From Candidatus Omnitrophota bacterium (GTDB lineage: Bacteria; Omnitrophota; Gorgyraeia; Zapsychrales; Zapsychraceae): a stretch of 64,000 nucleotides of DNA. The stretch is from assembly GCA_028280285.1 (NCBI GenBank), contig JANQMA010000032.1:17091-81090 (forward strand). Reading direction: 5' to 3'. The first letter of the stretch is position 1; each line of letters begins with the position of its first letter. Both the position numbers and the translations under genes were made by a program. The notes under the pieces were generated by a model. The model was not told the DNA's origin. It ran no database searches and saw only the letters and a list, made by a program, of their open reading frames with translations. Positions 47,061 through 57,822 of the stretch are shown here, piece after piece.

Positions 47061-48200
47061 CTATGCGTTAAAAACTTTTTGCGCGGCGGCAACACCAACG
47101 CCAAGTTCGAATTTATATCCTAGTTCTTTTAAGGTTTTTTCCAAACAGGAAATACCTGTGAGAATATCGTATTCATCGATACATCCCATATGCGAAATAC
47201 GGATAATTTTACCCTTAAGATGTCCTTGTCCGCCGGCCACAGAAATACCATAAGTATCCCGCATTGTCTTAACCAATTTGCCGCCATCGACATCTTCCGG
47301 TAAGCTGATAGCCGTCAAAACATTGGAAATGCAATCGTCTTTGGCAAAAAGAGACAAACCTAAAGCACGAGCGGCAGCCCGTGTGCCTTCGGCAAGCCGG
47401 CCGTAATTAGCCAAAAGATTATCGATGCCTTCAGCCTTAAACTTTTTTAAGCTTTCACATAATGCAACGACAATACCGATGGCCGGCGTAAAAGGTGTAT
47501 CCGTCGCGGCAAATGCCTTTTTCGATTTACGCAAATCCCAGTAATAACGTGCGTTAGTTGAGGCTTCAATCACTTTATATGCCTTGTCGCTGACAGAAAG
47601 AAAGGCAAGCCCCGGAGGGAGCATAAATCCTTTGTGTGATGCTGAACACACAATATCAACACCCCACTTATCGGTTTGGCAGTCAACAACACCGAGCCCG
47701 CTGACCGCATCGACAACCAGAACCGCGCTTGTCTCTTTAACAATCTTAGCAATTGCTTCAATATCACTCACAACACCGGTTGATGTTTCATTAAGTGTTA
47801 CAAAAACGGCCTTTGTCTCTGGCGCCTGATCAAGAAGCTCTTTGATTTTAGCCGGATCAACCGCCGTTCCCCACTCAACCTCAATCACCGTCGGCTCAGC
47901 ATTGTACGCCTTACACAACTCCGTCCAACGCTCACCGAATTTACCGCCCTCAACCGTAATCGCTTTATCACCCGGCGAAAGCAGATTACATACAGCCGCT
48001 TCCATAGCACCCGTTCCCGACGAAGCTAAAAGATAAATTTCATTCTTCGTCTGAAAAACATACTGCAGGCCTTCAATCGCCTCTTTTATGTTATCTTGAA
48101 ATTGTGGTGTGCGATGGTGAATAATCGGACGACCAAGTGCCGCGCAAACATCCGCAGGAATTTGCGTCGGCCCGGGGGTAAGCAATAAATTTCTTTTCAT
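47061..48200 (-). CDS. class-V aminotransferase (serine--glyoxylate / phosphoserine aminotransferase-like)
   Basis: 379 aa; PLP-lysine motif SxHKG, adjacency to serA suggests phosphoserine aminotransferase role. Confidence 0.7.
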   Translation of the reverse strand: MKRNLLLTPGPTQIPADVCAALGRPIIHHRTPQFQDNIKEAIEGLQYVFQTKNEIYLLASSGTGAMEAAVCNLLSPGDKAITVEGGKFGERWTELCKAYNAEPTVIEVEWGTAVDPAKIKELLDQAPETKAVFVTLNETSTGVVSDIEAIAKIVKETSAVLVVDAVSGLGVVDCQTDKWGVDIVCSASHKGFMLPPGLAFLSVSDKAYKVIEASTNARYYWDLRKSKKAFAATDTPFTPAIGIVVALCESLKKFKAEGIDNLLANYGRLAEGTRAAARALGLSLFAKDDCISNVLTAISLPEDVDGGKLVKTMRDTYGISVAGGQGHLKGKIIRISHMGCIDEYDILTGISCLEKTLKELGYKFELGVGVAAAQKVFNA

Positions 48201-48220
48201 CTTACTGCCTTTCTAAATTA

Positions 48221-48326
48221 CGTTCTTCGGTAATCGGCATCGAGGCGCGTTACGTCTATCGTTTTTCGGTTTCGATACCGACACCTAAACCGAAACGAGC
48301 ATCGACACCAAAAGACGTTACCGATA
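48221..48326. repeat. long imperfect palindrome (CGGTTTCG/CGAAACCG and CGTTACG words) between clpP stop and aminotransferase start
   Basis: cggtaatcggcatcgaggcgcgttacgtctatcgtttttcggtttcgataccgacacctaaaccgaaacgagcatcgacacc. Confidence 0.5.
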
Positions 48327-48335
48327 TATAAGAAT

Positions 48336-48950
48336 CTATTTCTTTTTCTTTGTGGCGGTCGTTGAAATGACTTCATCAACTAAACCATAGGCCTTGGCTT
48401 CCTCAGCTGACATGAAATAATCGCGGTCACAATCGCTCTCAACTTTTTCAAAAGTTTGCCCCGAATGATTCGCCAAAATTTGTGTCAGTTCTTTTTTCAT
48501 ACGGAGGATTTCAGTTGCTTGAATAGAAATGTCACTCGCTGTCCCCTGAGCGCCGCCCCATGGCTGATGGATCATAATACGCGCGTAAGGAAGCGCATAG
48601 CGTTTACCCCTTGTTCCAGCTGTTAGGAGCAATGAGCCCATACTCGCCGCCTGGCCTAAACAATATGTACAAACATCAGGCTTAATGAATTGCATTGTGT
48701 CATAAATTCCTAGGCCAGCTGTTACTGAACCTCCCGGAGAATTAACATAGACATGTATGTCTTTGTTAGGATCTTCGCTTTGCAAAAAAAGTAATTGCGC
48801 AATGATCAAGTTAGCAACATTATCATCAATCGCCGTACCGATAAAAATGATACGGTCTTTAAGTAGACGTGAATAAATGTCATAAGCACGTTCACCCTGT
48901 CCTGATTTTTCAACGACCATTGGGACTAAAACAGATGATTTTGGATTCAT
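48336..48950 (-). CDS. clpP: ATP-dependent Clp protease proteolytic subunit
   Basis: Ser-His-Asp triad context (GQAASMG), start taken at MNPKSS (overlaps tig stop by 1 nt). Confidence 0.9.
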   Translation of the reverse strand: MNPKSSVLVPMVVEKSGQGERAYDIYSRLLKDRIIFIGTAIDDNVANLIIAQLLFLQSEDPNKDIHVYVNSPGGSVTAGLGIYDTMQFIKPDVCTYCLGQAASMGSLLLTAGTRGKRYALPYARIMIHQPWGGAQGTASDISIQATEILRMKKELTQILANHSGQTFEKVESDCDRDYFMSAEEAKAYGLVDEVISTTATKKKK

Positions 48951-49852
48951 TATTTGGCCTCCTCCCAAACAGCTTTTTTAAGTAAAAATTCCATCACTTT
49001 CGCCGGCAGGTTTTCGCCTTCGCCGACTTCAATGCTCTCGAGCTGCGCGATCTTGTCAAAAATCAGATAAACCTTCACATCTTTTTCAACAACCGATGCA
49101 AGCTCTTTGCGCATCTCTTCTTCTTTTTTATCTACCTCTTCTTTCGGCATTCCCTGCTGTTCCATACGCTGCTTTTGATCATGAATGCGATACTCCAATT
49201 GTTTTTTAACAAGCGATTCCGGTGTGGTTAACTTTGCTTTTTTAAGTAAAGCCTCGACGATTTGATTTTCGACATCGGCCTTGTTTTGACGGTCCTTATC
49301 CATTTCGATTTGACGCGATAAAGAATCCTTAAACGCATCCAAGCTCGGATAACCGAGACCTTTAGCAAAATTATCATCGATGGCAACATCTTTAGCGTCT
49401 TTACCGGCCCCTTGCCCTTGTTTAAAATATTCGAGCGTTTTATTAATATCCTCATCGGTTACTTTCGAGGATTTGCGTTTGACCTTAATGCCTTCATAGT
49501 CTTTGATTTTTACCTCAGGCTTAACGTCAAGCGTCGCGGTAAAGGTCACCTCACCGTCTTTATAATTAACATCCTGTATGTCGGGATAATCAAGGGGCGC
49601 CAGTTGCTCTTGCACAACGCCTTCTTGATAAACTTCCTGGATTACTTTTTTAAGCATTTCATCTTTGGCCGCCGAGGAATGATGTTGCTCTAAAATATTA
49701 CGCGGCACCTTGCCTTTGCGAAAACCTTTTATTTTAGCCACTTTCGCAATATCTCTATAAACCTGGTCTAAAGTTTTGGATACACGTTCTTTGGGAACCG
49801 CAAACCTTAACTCACGTTTAACTTCATTAACCTTCTTAACTTCAACTTTCAT
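48950..49852 (-). CDS. tig: trigger factor, short form apparently lacking the FKBP-type PPIase domain
   Basis: 300 aa; N-terminal ribosome-binding GFRKGKVP signature then helical C-domain; canonical TF is about 430 aa. Confidence 0.7.
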   Translation of the reverse strand: MKVEVKKVNEVKRELRFAVPKERVSKTLDQVYRDIAKVAKIKGFRKGKVPRNILEQHHSSAAKDEMLKKVIQEVYQEGVVQEQLAPLDYPDIQDVNYKDGEVTFTATLDVKPEVKIKDYEGIKVKRKSSKVTDEDINKTLEYFKQGQGAGKDAKDVAIDDNFAKGLGYPSLDAFKDSLSRQIEMDKDRQNKADVENQIVEALLKKAKLTTPESLVKKQLEYRIHDQKQRMEQQGMPKEEVDKKEEEMRKELASVVEKDVKVYLIFDKIAQLESIEVGEGENLPAKVMEFLLKKAVWEEAK

Positions 49853-49883
49853 GTGTTTGTGTTTCCTCCTAAAAAATGACTGC

Positions 49884-49953
49884 TAGTTGTTTGTTGATTG
49901 TTGTTGGTTGTTAGCATTTAAAATTCCAACAACTAACAACCAGCAACCAACAA
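49884..49953. repeat. family-1 GTTG/CAAC word-palindrome element overlapping lptB stop, upstream of tig
   Basis: ctagttgtttgttgattgttgttggttgttagca-tttaaaattc-caacaactaacaaccagcaaccaacaacta. Confidence 0.65.
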
Positions 49954-50682
49954 CTACATTGTAAACTTATCACCCAAATAAATCTTGCGTGCAGCCTCAT
50001 TATTAATTAAGTCGTCCGCCGTACCGGATATTAAAATACGTCCGTCAGCAATTAAATAAGCGCGGTCTGTAATAGACAATGTTTCGCGCACATTATGATC
50101 TGTGAGTAATATGCCGAGACCACGCGCCTTTAGGTCTTTAATAATTTCCTGCGCCTCGGCAACGACAATGGGATCAATACCACTGAAAGGCTCATCCAAA
50201 AGCAAAAACGACGGATTGGTCACAAGCGCGCGCGTAATCTCAAGCCTACGCCGCTCCCCTCCTGATAAAGTATAGGCTTTTGCTTTGGCCAAGTGAGCTA
50301 TATTAAGCTCTTCTAACAAAGATTGCAACCTTTTCTTTCGTTCACGCACAGATATGTTTAAGGTCTCCAAAATCGCCATAATATTCTGCTCAACCGTCAT
50401 TTTACGGAAAATCGACGACTCCTGGGCCAGGTACCCCATCCCCAGGCGACATCTTTCATGAATGGACTTACTTGTAATATCTTCCTGATCAAAAAAGATA
50501 AGCCCCTCATTGGGTTTGATAATCCCCACTGTCATATAAAATGATGTTGTCTTGCCGGCCCCGTTCGGGCCCAAAAGTCCGACAATCTCACCACGGCCAA
50601 CGGAAATATTAAGCCCATCGACAACACGGCGCTCACCGTATGATTTAACGAGACCTCTAGTCTCTAAGAGATGTAATCCCAC
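49954..50682 (-). CDS. lptB: LPS export ABC transporter ATP-binding protein
   Basis: 242 aa; Walker A GPNGAGKTT, LSGGERRRLEI signature, LptB-type C-terminus. Confidence 0.85.
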   Translation of the reverse strand: MGLHLLETRGLVKSYGERRVVDGLNISVGRGEIVGLLGPNGAGKTTSFYMTVGIIKPNEGLIFFDQEDITSKSIHERCRLGMGYLAQESSIFRKMTVEQNIMAILETLNISVRERKKRLQSLLEELNIAHLAKAKAYTLSGGERRRLEITRALVTNPSFLLLDEPFSGIDPIVVAEAQEIIKDLKARGLGILLTDHNVRETLSITDRAYLIADGRILISGTADDLINNEAARKIYLGDKFTM

Positions 50683-51532
50683 CTTCGCCCTCAGTTAGTA
50701 AAATAAGTTTAGGTCGGCCGGATAAAGTCAGCCTTTGTGTTTCACGATTAAAAACAGCACGCTCGGCATAGGTCTTATTCTCCCCCTGCATAATCTCAAC
50801 ATTACCGATACAGACAATTTCGATGATATCATTCATATCTTCATTCATATACACTTCCATACGGTCGGCCTTAAGCGTTTGATCTTCCTGAACGGCAATC
50901 ACATTGTCTTCAAATGTGGCTAATTGTTTGACCTGATCGATCACCATCGGCCCGTCGCTGGTAATGGTTAACGGTTTTTTAGGCTCCTGGAAGTCTTCGT
51001 CATATTTATCATCCTTACCAACCTCGTCGATATCGACCAACGCACGCACATCCTGATTAATCTGCGAACGTTTAAGCCCAGGTTTAGCTTCGAGCCCAAC
51101 ACCGGAAACAGTGAGCCCTTGGTCAGTTATAAAAACATCGTCTTCACTTGTTACCAAATCTTCCTCACGATCCCAATAAAGTGAGTCAGTCATCAATTGT
51201 GCGCCATCTTCGGTCGTAATAATCACATCATCATGCAACTCCATCTCACCACTTGCCTGGTCAACCAGACCACTGTTGGCTTTAACATTCATTTTTTCTT
51301 GACCATAGGCATTGGCGTTCACATCCGTTATTTTAATTTTCTCACCCATCACATCAGCCGTCGATCCGTTAACATCCCATGACTTTTCACCGTCATCGGT
51401 GTAGCCTTCCAGATTAAACCCTTCGAACTGCTGGCCGGCATCTTGCGCCAGGACAGGGCCCGTCATCAAAAAAAGAAATGTAAAAATCCAACAACCCCGT
51501 CTCACGAAAGCTCCTTTACGATTTTTGACCAC
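50657..51532 (-). CDS. LptA/LptC (OstA-like) periplasmic LPS-transport protein
   Basis: 291 aa; signal peptide, beta-jellyroll OstA-like repeats; sits in the kdsC-lptC-lptA-lptB slot. Confidence 0.55.
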   Translation of the reverse strand: MVKNRKGAFVRRGCWIFTFLFLMTGPVLAQDAGQQFEGFNLEGYTDDGEKSWDVNGSTADVMGEKIKITDVNANAYGQEKMNVKANSGLVDQASGEMELHDDVIITTEDGAQLMTDSLYWDREEDLVTSEDDVFITDQGLTVSGVGLEAKPGLKRSQINQDVRALVDIDEVGKDDKYDEDFQEPKKPLTITSDGPMVIDQVKQLATFEDNVIAVQEDQTLKADRMEVYMNEDMNDIIEIVCIGNVEIMQGENKTYAERAVFNRETQRLTLSGRPKLILLTEGEGGITSLRD

Positions 51533-52026
51533 AATCCCTTAGCTTTTAAAACCATCTCAATCACTTCTTTCACAGCCCCATGACCACCAGCATTTTTGGT
51601 GACAAAATGCGCCCTCTTACGAGCTTCAACAGAACCATTCGGCACACTCACCGCAACACCGACACGACTGAATAAACAGATATCAGGCAGATCATCACCA
51701 ATATAACAAACTTGTTCTTTGTTTAATTTAACTTCTTTGAGCAATTTTTCAAACGCCTGGGTTTTGGGAAAGGCATTTTGATAAACCTTGGTAATCCCTA
51801 AATCCTTGGCCCGCGCATCAACCGCTTTATTAGCCCGGGCCGAGATAATCGCTGTTTTAAACCCTGCCCGCTGAAACAAGACAATACGCAGACCGTCCTG
51901 CACATCAAACATCTTAAGTTCTTTCCCCGTACTATCGATATTGATATGCCCATTGGTCAACACGCCATCAACATCCATAACGAGTAGCTCTATCTTTTTT
52001 AATTTACGTTTGAGTGTGTCGGTCAT
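51502..52026 (-). CDS. kdsC: 3-deoxy-D-manno-octulosonate 8-phosphate phosphatase (HAD-IIIA)
   Basis: 174 aa; DVDGVLT motif, KdsC family. Confidence 0.85.
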   Translation of the reverse strand: MTDTLKRKLKKIELLVMDVDGVLTNGHINIDSTGKELKMFDVQDGLRIVLFQRAGFKTAIISARANKAVDARAKDLGITKVYQNAFPKTQAFEKLLKEVKLNKEQVCYIGDDLPDICLFSRVGVAVSVPNGSVEARKRAHFVTKNAGGHGAVKEVIEMVLKAKGLWSKIVKELS

Positions 52027-52982
52027 ACAAGTCCTGCCTTGAGCAAATCCTGCACATCGAGAAGACCGACTAGTTTATCTTTAGAATCAACTACCGGCAG
52101 CTCATCAATCCTTTTTGTTTGAAAAATACTCAGTGCTTCAACAGCAAGCTTGTCTCGTCGAATAACCGTTGGTTTCTTTGTCATAATATCTTTAACCTTC
52201 AAGCGCAATAAATCCGCGCCCGCATCAAGACGTCTTCTTAAATCACCATCGGTGAATATCCCAACCAGTTTCCCCCGCGCAGAAAGCACACACGCTGAGC
52301 CGCAGCGCGCTTTGGTGATTGTGAATAATGCGCTTTTGACCGTCGCTGTTTCTTTAACCTTGGCATAATCTTTGCCTGTGCGCATCAAATCGTCTACTTT
52401 AAGCAAAAGCTTCTTACCGAGCGCCCCCCCGGGATGAAACACCGCGAAATCTTCCTGTTTAAATTTTTTGCGCACAATCAAAGAGGCAGCCAAGGCATCA
52501 CCCATGACAAGCGTTGCTGTTGTTGAAGCCATCGGTGCAAGCCCGAGCGGGCAACCTTCCTTTGATACGCCAACATCTAAAACAAAATCACAATACTTCG
52601 CCAAGGCGGATTTGGTATTACCTGTCATCGCAACTGTTTTAACCTTCAAACGTTTGAGAAACGGAATAAGACGCTTTGTCTCTTCGGTCTCACCACTATT
52701 AGAAATCACGATAAAAACATCGTCCTTTGTCACTTGCCCAAAATCACCATGCGATGCTTCAGCGCTATGCAAAAAAATACTCGGTGTTCCGGTTGAAGAA
52801 AGTGTCGCGGCGATCTTGCGTCCGATAATACCGGTCTTGCCCATGCCGGCGATGACAACACGCCCTTTACACTTAGCAATTAAATCAACAGTCTTAGTAA
52901 AATGACTGTTAAGCCTTTTGGCTAAATCTTTAATGGCATGAGCTTCAATTGCAATAACTTCTTTTGCCTTTTTTAAACTCAT
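52023..52982 (-). CDS. kdsD: arabinose-5-phosphate isomerase (SIS plus tandem CBS)
   Basis: 319 aa; SIS domain GxGKS, C-terminal CBS pair. Confidence 0.85.
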   Translation of the reverse strand: MSLKKAKEVIAIEAHAIKDLAKRLNSHFTKTVDLIAKCKGRVVIAGMGKTGIIGRKIAATLSSTGTPSIFLHSAEASHGDFGQVTKDDVFIVISNSGETEETKRLIPFLKRLKVKTVAMTGNTKSALAKYCDFVLDVGVSKEGCPLGLAPMASTTATLVMGDALAASLIVRKKFKQEDFAVFHPGGALGKKLLLKVDDLMRTGKDYAKVKETATVKSALFTITKARCGSACVLSARGKLVGIFTDGDLRRRLDAGADLLRLKVKDIMTKKPTVIRRDKLAVEALSIFQTKRIDELPVVDSKDKLVGLLDVQDLLKAGLV

Positions 52983-53806
52983 TTCTTTTTCTTCACCAAT
53001 TTATCGATTGCCTTAAGTTCCTTAAGCACACCCTCCAGTTGCTTAAGCGGCAACATGTTTGGTCCATCGGATAATGCTTTCTCAGGATTCTTATGCACTT
53101 CCATAAAGATCGCATCGCATCCAGCGGCAACCGCACAGCGTGCTAAAAGCGGCACATATTCGCGCTTACCGCCTGAGGCATTACCCAGTCCGCCCGGTTG
53201 CTGAACACTATGCGTGGCATCAAAAACAACCGGATAACCGGTTGCGCGCATAATGGCAAGCGAACGGAAATCGGTTACCAAATTATTGTAACCGAATGTT
53301 GTGCCGCGTTCGGTCAAAAGGATTTTTTTATTAAATGTGCCTTCGATCTTTTTGATAATCTGTCCGACATCGTGTGGTGCGAGGAACTGCCCTTTTTTGA
53401 CATTAATAATCTTTTTCGTTTTACCGGCGGCCACCACAATATCTGTCTGCCGGCAGAGAAACGCCGGGATCTGGATAATGTCGAGCACTGCGGCGGCAGG
53501 CACCATATCCTCGGGCTCATGCACATCACTTAACACCGGAACCTTAAGCGTCTCTTTAATTTCTTTTAGAATTGCAAGCCCTTCTTCAAGACCTGGGCCG
53601 CGAAAAGATTTAATAGACGTACGGTTGGCTTTATCATAACTTGCTTTAAATACAAACGGGATGCCAAGCTTGCTTGCGATCTGTTTAATCGCCTTGGCAT
53701 GCGCGATCGCCATAGCCCGGCTTTCGATCACACACGGACCGGCAATCAGCACAAACGGTGCGCCTGCGCCAAACTTAATTTTTCCTGACTTAATCGCCTT
53801 TGTCAT
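52979..53806 (-). CDS. kdsA: 2-dehydro-3-deoxyphosphooctonate aldolase (KDO8P synthase)
   Basis: 275 aa; DAHP/KDO8PS TIM barrel motifs. Confidence 0.9.
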   Translation of the reverse strand: MTKAIKSGKIKFGAGAPFVLIAGPCVIESRAMAIAHAKAIKQIASKLGIPFVFKASYDKANRTSIKSFRGPGLEEGLAILKEIKETLKVPVLSDVHEPEDMVPAAAVLDIIQIPAFLCRQTDIVVAAGKTKKIINVKKGQFLAPHDVGQIIKKIEGTFNKKILLTERGTTFGYNNLVTDFRSLAIMRATGYPVVFDATHSVQQPGGLGNASGGKREYVPLLARCAVAAGCDAIFMEVHKNPEKALSDGPNMLPLKQLEGVLKELKAIDKLVKKKK

Positions 53807-54519
53807 AATTTTTCTAAAACCTTTTGTAAGTCTTCAGGCGTATCAACGCCTATGATATCCATGTCCGTTTCAACTGTTTTGATTTCATATCCTGCTTCCA
53901 GAACACGCAACTGCTCAAGCTTCTCGGCTTGTTCTAATTTCGAATGGGGCAGCTCTACGTATTTAAATAAGAAATCTTTCCGATACGCATAAATCCCTAA
54001 ATGACGATAATGTGTAACATGTTCACAATCACGGTTAAATGGAATGGGCGAACGGGAAAAGTAAAGCGCCCGGCCATTATTGTCGACCACGACTTTAACC
54101 ACATGGGAATTGTCTAAATCCTCTTCATCATCAATACGCTTAATCATGGTTGCCATCGGACACTCGCTATCTTCTTCAAAGACCTTAACAAGCGCATCAA
54201 TTTGCTTTGGTTCGATCAGCGGCTCGTCCCCTTGAACATTGACAATAACGTCCGCTTCAATATCCCGTACGGCTTCAGCAATACGGTCGGAGCCTGACGG
54301 ATGGTCGACCGACGTCATAACAGCGTGCGCGCCGAAATCCTGCGCGGCCTTAAGCACATGATCCGCATCACAGGCAATCCAAACATCATCCACATGCGCG
54401 GCCTGCTTGACACGTTCGTAGACATGCTGAATCATCGGCTTGCCGTGAATATCGGCCAGCACCTTGCCTTCAAATCTTGTCGAACCCCACCGGGCTGGAA
54501 TAACCGCTACTGTTTTCAT
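53803..54519 (-). CDS. kdsB: 3-deoxy-manno-octulosonate cytidylyltransferase
   Basis: 238 aa; VIPARWGSTRFEGK motif. Confidence 0.9.
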   Translation of the reverse strand: MKTVAVIPARWGSTRFEGKVLADIHGKPMIQHVYERVKQAAHVDDVWIACDADHVLKAAQDFGAHAVMTSVDHPSGSDRIAEAVRDIEADVIVNVQGDEPLIEPKQIDALVKVFEEDSECPMATMIKRIDDEEDLDNSHVVKVVVDNNGRALYFSRSPIPFNRDCEHVTHYRHLGIYAYRKDFLFKYVELPHSKLEQAEKLEQLRVLEAGYEIKTVETDMDIIGVDTPEDLQKVLEKL

Positions 54520-54567
54520 AGCATCAAATAAAATTTTAAAAAATTTCAGAAGCCATAAGCCCTAATT

Positions 54568-54620
54568 AAAGGTTTTAGGTTTTAGTCGACTAACACCCAA
54601 CACCTTAAACCTAACACCTT
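54568..54620. repeat. family-3 palindromic element between rfaE-kinase stop and kdsB start
   Basis: aaaggttttaggttttagtcgactaacacccaacaccttaaacctaacacc. Confidence 0.65.
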
Positions 54621-54650
54621 TTGTTACAGCTTATAACGCATAGCTTAATA

Positions 54651-55673
54651 TTATTTCCCACTAAACGCCGCCAATAACTCTTGTTTTGTCACCGCTGCCG
54701 TACCTAATTTGCCAACCACAATACCTGCCGCTACATTGGCCAACTCCGCTGCTTTAGTCTTAGTGAGTCCAAGCGTTAAACCAAGCGTAAATACCGCAAT
54801 CACCGCATCCCCTGCTCCGGAAACATCATAAACTTCAATTGCTTTAGTATTTATCGCATGTGTTTTCTTTCCCTTAGCGAAAACCCGCATACCGCGCTCA
54901 CCCAGCGTCATCAATAAACACTCGGCATTAAGATATTGCACAATCGCCTTACCGGCCTTTTCTATCTGATCATCGGTGATGAGCTTATCGAAATTAATTT
55001 TAAGTTTTTTGCGTGAACCGTCTGTGACCTTGATATTACGAATAGCATTTTCTGCTTCTTTTAAATTCGGTGTGATGGCCGTCACATTGATGTAATTACA
55101 AAAATTCTCCACCTTAGGATCAACGGTAATGATTGTTTTATTTTTATGGGCAAGCGTGGTAAGAAAATTGATCATTTCCGTCGTGATAAGGCCTTTGCCG
55201 TAATCGGAGATAACAATCGCATCAAAATCGTCAATGTGATTCTTAATAAATGTCTTAAGTTTTTCGAAAACTTTTACCGTACCGGAAAGATTTGCTTTTT
55301 CCCTGTCAATCCGCACAACTTGTTGGTGCTGGGCAATCACCCGTGTTTTAAGAATAGTGGGGAGTTTTTTATCCGCAAAGATGGCCCGCGTATCAATCTT
55401 TTTCTTCTTAAGCTCCTGTTTAACACTGCGCCCTTCCGCATCATCGCCGATACGTCCGGCCAAGGTTACCTTCACTCCAAGCCCGGCCAAGTTATGAGCC
55501 ACATTCGCCGCTCCGCCAGGCACATAAAACCGCTCATTTTCAAGTACAACCGGCACAGGTGCTTCTGGCGAAATCCGTGAAACCGTTCCTTGGATATAGT
55601 GATCAAGGATAATATCCCCCACAACCAGTATATTTTTTCTGCTGAATTTACGAATGACTGATCTAAAATCCAT
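54651..55673 (-). CDS. D-glycero-beta-D-manno-heptose-7-phosphate kinase (RfaE/HldE domain I only)
   Basis: 340 aa PfkB-family kinase; N-terminal ILVVGD...SRISPEAPVPVV matches HldE kinase domain; no adenylyltransferase domain. Confidence 0.8.
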   Translation of the reverse strand: MDFRSVIRKFSRKNILVVGDIILDHYIQGTVSRISPEAPVPVVLENERFYVPGGAANVAHNLAGLGVKVTLAGRIGDDAEGRSVKQELKKKKIDTRAIFADKKLPTILKTRVIAQHQQVVRIDREKANLSGTVKVFEKLKTFIKNHIDDFDAIVISDYGKGLITTEMINFLTTLAHKNKTIITVDPKVENFCNYINVTAITPNLKEAENAIRNIKVTDGSRKKLKINFDKLITDDQIEKAGKAIVQYLNAECLLMTLGERGMRVFAKGKKTHAINTKAIEVYDVSGAGDAVIAVFTLGLTLGLTKTKAAELANVAAGIVVGKLGTAAVTKQELLAAFSGK

Positions 55674-55714
55674 AATATTATATATATAATACTAGTAATT
55701 AAGGCGTGATTCTA

Positions 55715-56755
55715 TCACAGTTTTATAAAGGCGTCAACCGCTTGTAAAACGTGCGAAACTGAAATAAATTCATTAATTTCAGGCACTTTCGCATCTTCTT
55801 CAGTATTGACAAACTCGGTGCCGGGTGGTGGATAAAGGCTGCGTGTCAGCTCTCCTAAAGGCCGCCAACGCTCAGGATTAATGCCAGGGCGATTCCGGGT
55901 AAAAATAGATATAACCGGAGTATGCACGGCGCATGCCACATGCACCGGACCAGAATCATTGGATATGAGCAAATCGGCATTTTTAACAAGGCTAATCAGC
56001 TGTGGAATAGATGTCATACCGGTTAAATCACCGGGAGCGTGCATCGAATAACCTTTGATCTTTCGGGCCAGCGGACGGATAGCCATTGAACCAATCAAAA
56101 ATACTTGCGCACCATAATCCTCAATCAATTTATCAATGAGTATGCCGTAGTTTTTAGCCGCCCAGGTTTTCGATGGATCACTGGCCCCGGGATGAATAAC
56201 AATAAACGGTTTATCTTCTGTTATATGATTTTGTGTACGAAATTGCCCAACCCATTCTTCAGCTGTCTCGCGGAGAGAAACATAAAGCTCTTTGCCATGA
56301 GATTTTACTCCGATTGTCTCAAGTAAATCCAAACAATAATCGCTTTCATGCTTCTCACCGAAATGCCGTCTGTCTTCCACACGATGGGTTAAAAGAAAGC
56401 TAAACTTACCGTTATCATAGGCCAAGCGTACAGGAATACCCGCTGCAAAACTTAAAAAGTTCGTTCTTTTTTTTGTATGATAATTAATAACAATATCGAA
56501 TTTTTTACTACGCAAAAACTGAATAAGCTTAACCGTTCCCCAAAACCCTTTATGCTCTTGCTCACGGTCATCAACAATAATATCATCCACATACGGATTA
56601 TCTTCGACCAGGGGTAAGGTTAAAGGCGCAACAAGCAAAGTGATCCGCGCCATCGGATAAGTGGTGCGTAATGCTTTAAGAGCTGGCGTTGTCAAAATCA
56701 CATCACCGATGCGATCCGTTCTTATCACTAATATATTCTGAAAACCCCTATTCAT
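55715..56755 (-). CDS. glycosyltransferase family 9 (LPS heptosyltransferase)
   Basis: 346 aa; N-terminal RTDRIGDVILTTPALKALR, C-terminal SGPxHxA motif. Confidence 0.8.
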   Translation of the reverse strand: MNRGFQNILVIRTDRIGDVILTTPALKALRTTYPMARITLLVAPLTLPLVEDNPYVDDIIVDDREQEHKGFWGTVKLIQFLRSKKFDIVINYHTKKRTNFLSFAAGIPVRLAYDNGKFSFLLTHRVEDRRHFGEKHESDYCLDLLETIGVKSHGKELYVSLRETAEEWVGQFRTQNHITEDKPFIVIHPGASDPSKTWAAKNYGILIDKLIEDYGAQVFLIGSMAIRPLARKIKGYSMHAPGDLTGMTSIPQLISLVKNADLLISNDSGPVHVACAVHTPVISIFTRNRPGINPERWRPLGELTRSLYPPPGTEFVNTEEDAKVPEINEFISVSHVLQAVDAFIKL

Positions 56756-57746
56756 GATTCAATATTACTTTCTTACCCTTAATAGTAAAAGCACCGATAA
56801 CCTGTTCTACCGTAATTGAATTGATATCCGTAAAACTTTTTTGATCCTTCTTTAGATCATCATTATAAAAAGGCTTATCGCCTTTTAAATAAATGCTTTG
56901 GCTGCTCCAAGGCCCATACTGATGAACTTTCGACGGACCGAATAGTGCCACAACCGGTTTATCAAAATAAGACGCCATATGCATAGGTCCACTGTCGTTA
57001 ACCAGTGCCATTGTTGCCTGCTTAACTATTCCCGCACATTGCAATAAACTGGTTTTACCACAAAGATTAAGAGTACTCTCTTTTAAACCATCGCAGATAA
57101 AATCGGCAATGACTTTGTCGGAGCCGTCGCCGATAAAAACAACTTTTAATTTATTATGATTGATAACATGACGGGCGACTTCTTTAAACTTTTCTTTATC
57201 CCACCGTTTAAACTCATTTAATGATCCCGGTGCCATAACAACAAAACGCTCATTGCCTTTGATAAAACTTTTGAGCAGCCAATTAACACGCGCCTCATCT
57301 TCTTCCCCAAGAAACAGCATATGTTGAGGAGAAAATGCTATCTCTCCCTGATAAACTGTTTTAAGGCGCTCTATATGCTTATCCTTCATATGTATATTTT
57401 CATCTTTCTTAATCTCAACACTTGTGCGATATCGCGGCCAAAGGATAAACGGTATGGCTGAATTTTTAAGATCGATGACTAGATCAAATTTTTCTCGACG
57501 AAGACGTAAAACCCATTTTAATTTATCTAAAATATTTATTTTTTTATCATATTCAAAAATATTTTTAAGTTTTGGATTATATAAAAACAATGCCTTCGAT
57601 TTTGATGCAACGATGACTGAGACCTCAGCATTCGGATAAGCATTAATGAGCGCATCGACAACAGGGAAAGTTAGTATCGCATCCCCTATATTCGACAAAG
57701 AAATAACCAATATACGTTTAATGTCTGTTTGTTCAGTAATTACCAT
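56748..57746 (-). CDS. glycosyltransferase family 9 (heptosyltransferase)
   Basis: 332 aa; IGDAILTFPVVDAL and DSGPMHMAS motifs. Confidence 0.75.
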   Translation of the reverse strand: MVITEQTDIKRILVISLSNIGDAILTFPVVDALINAYPNAEVSVIVASKSKALFLYNPKLKNIFEYDKKINILDKLKWVLRLRREKFDLVIDLKNSAIPFILWPRYRTSVEIKKDENIHMKDKHIERLKTVYQGEIAFSPQHMLFLGEEDEARVNWLLKSFIKGNERFVVMAPGSLNEFKRWDKEKFKEVARHVINHNKLKVVFIGDGSDKVIADFICDGLKESTLNLCGKTSLLQCAGIVKQATMALVNDSGPMHMASYFDKPVVALFGPSKVHQYGPWSSQSIYLKGDKPFYNDDLKKDQKSFTDINSITVEQVIGAFTIKGKKVILNHE

Positions 57747-57756
57747 AAATTGATGA

Positions 57757-57810
57757 GTTGTTGGTTGCTGGTTGTTCGTTGTTGGAGTTTGAGACTAACA
57801 ACTAACAACG
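57757..57810. repeat. family-1 GTTG/CAAC word-palindrome element between two GT9 genes
   Basis: gagttgttggttgctggttgttcgttgttggagtttgagactaacaactaacaacg. Confidence 0.65.
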
Positions 57811-57822
57811 CTTAGAATATTA

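Noticed and set aside
48255-48300. tRNA-like T-arm (CGGTTTCGATACCG) in the clpP-upstream palindrome
   Set aside because: No matching acceptor stem, D-arm or anticodon arm in the flanks, and it is on the plus strand; it is part of the larger CGGTTTCG/CGAAACCG palindrome.
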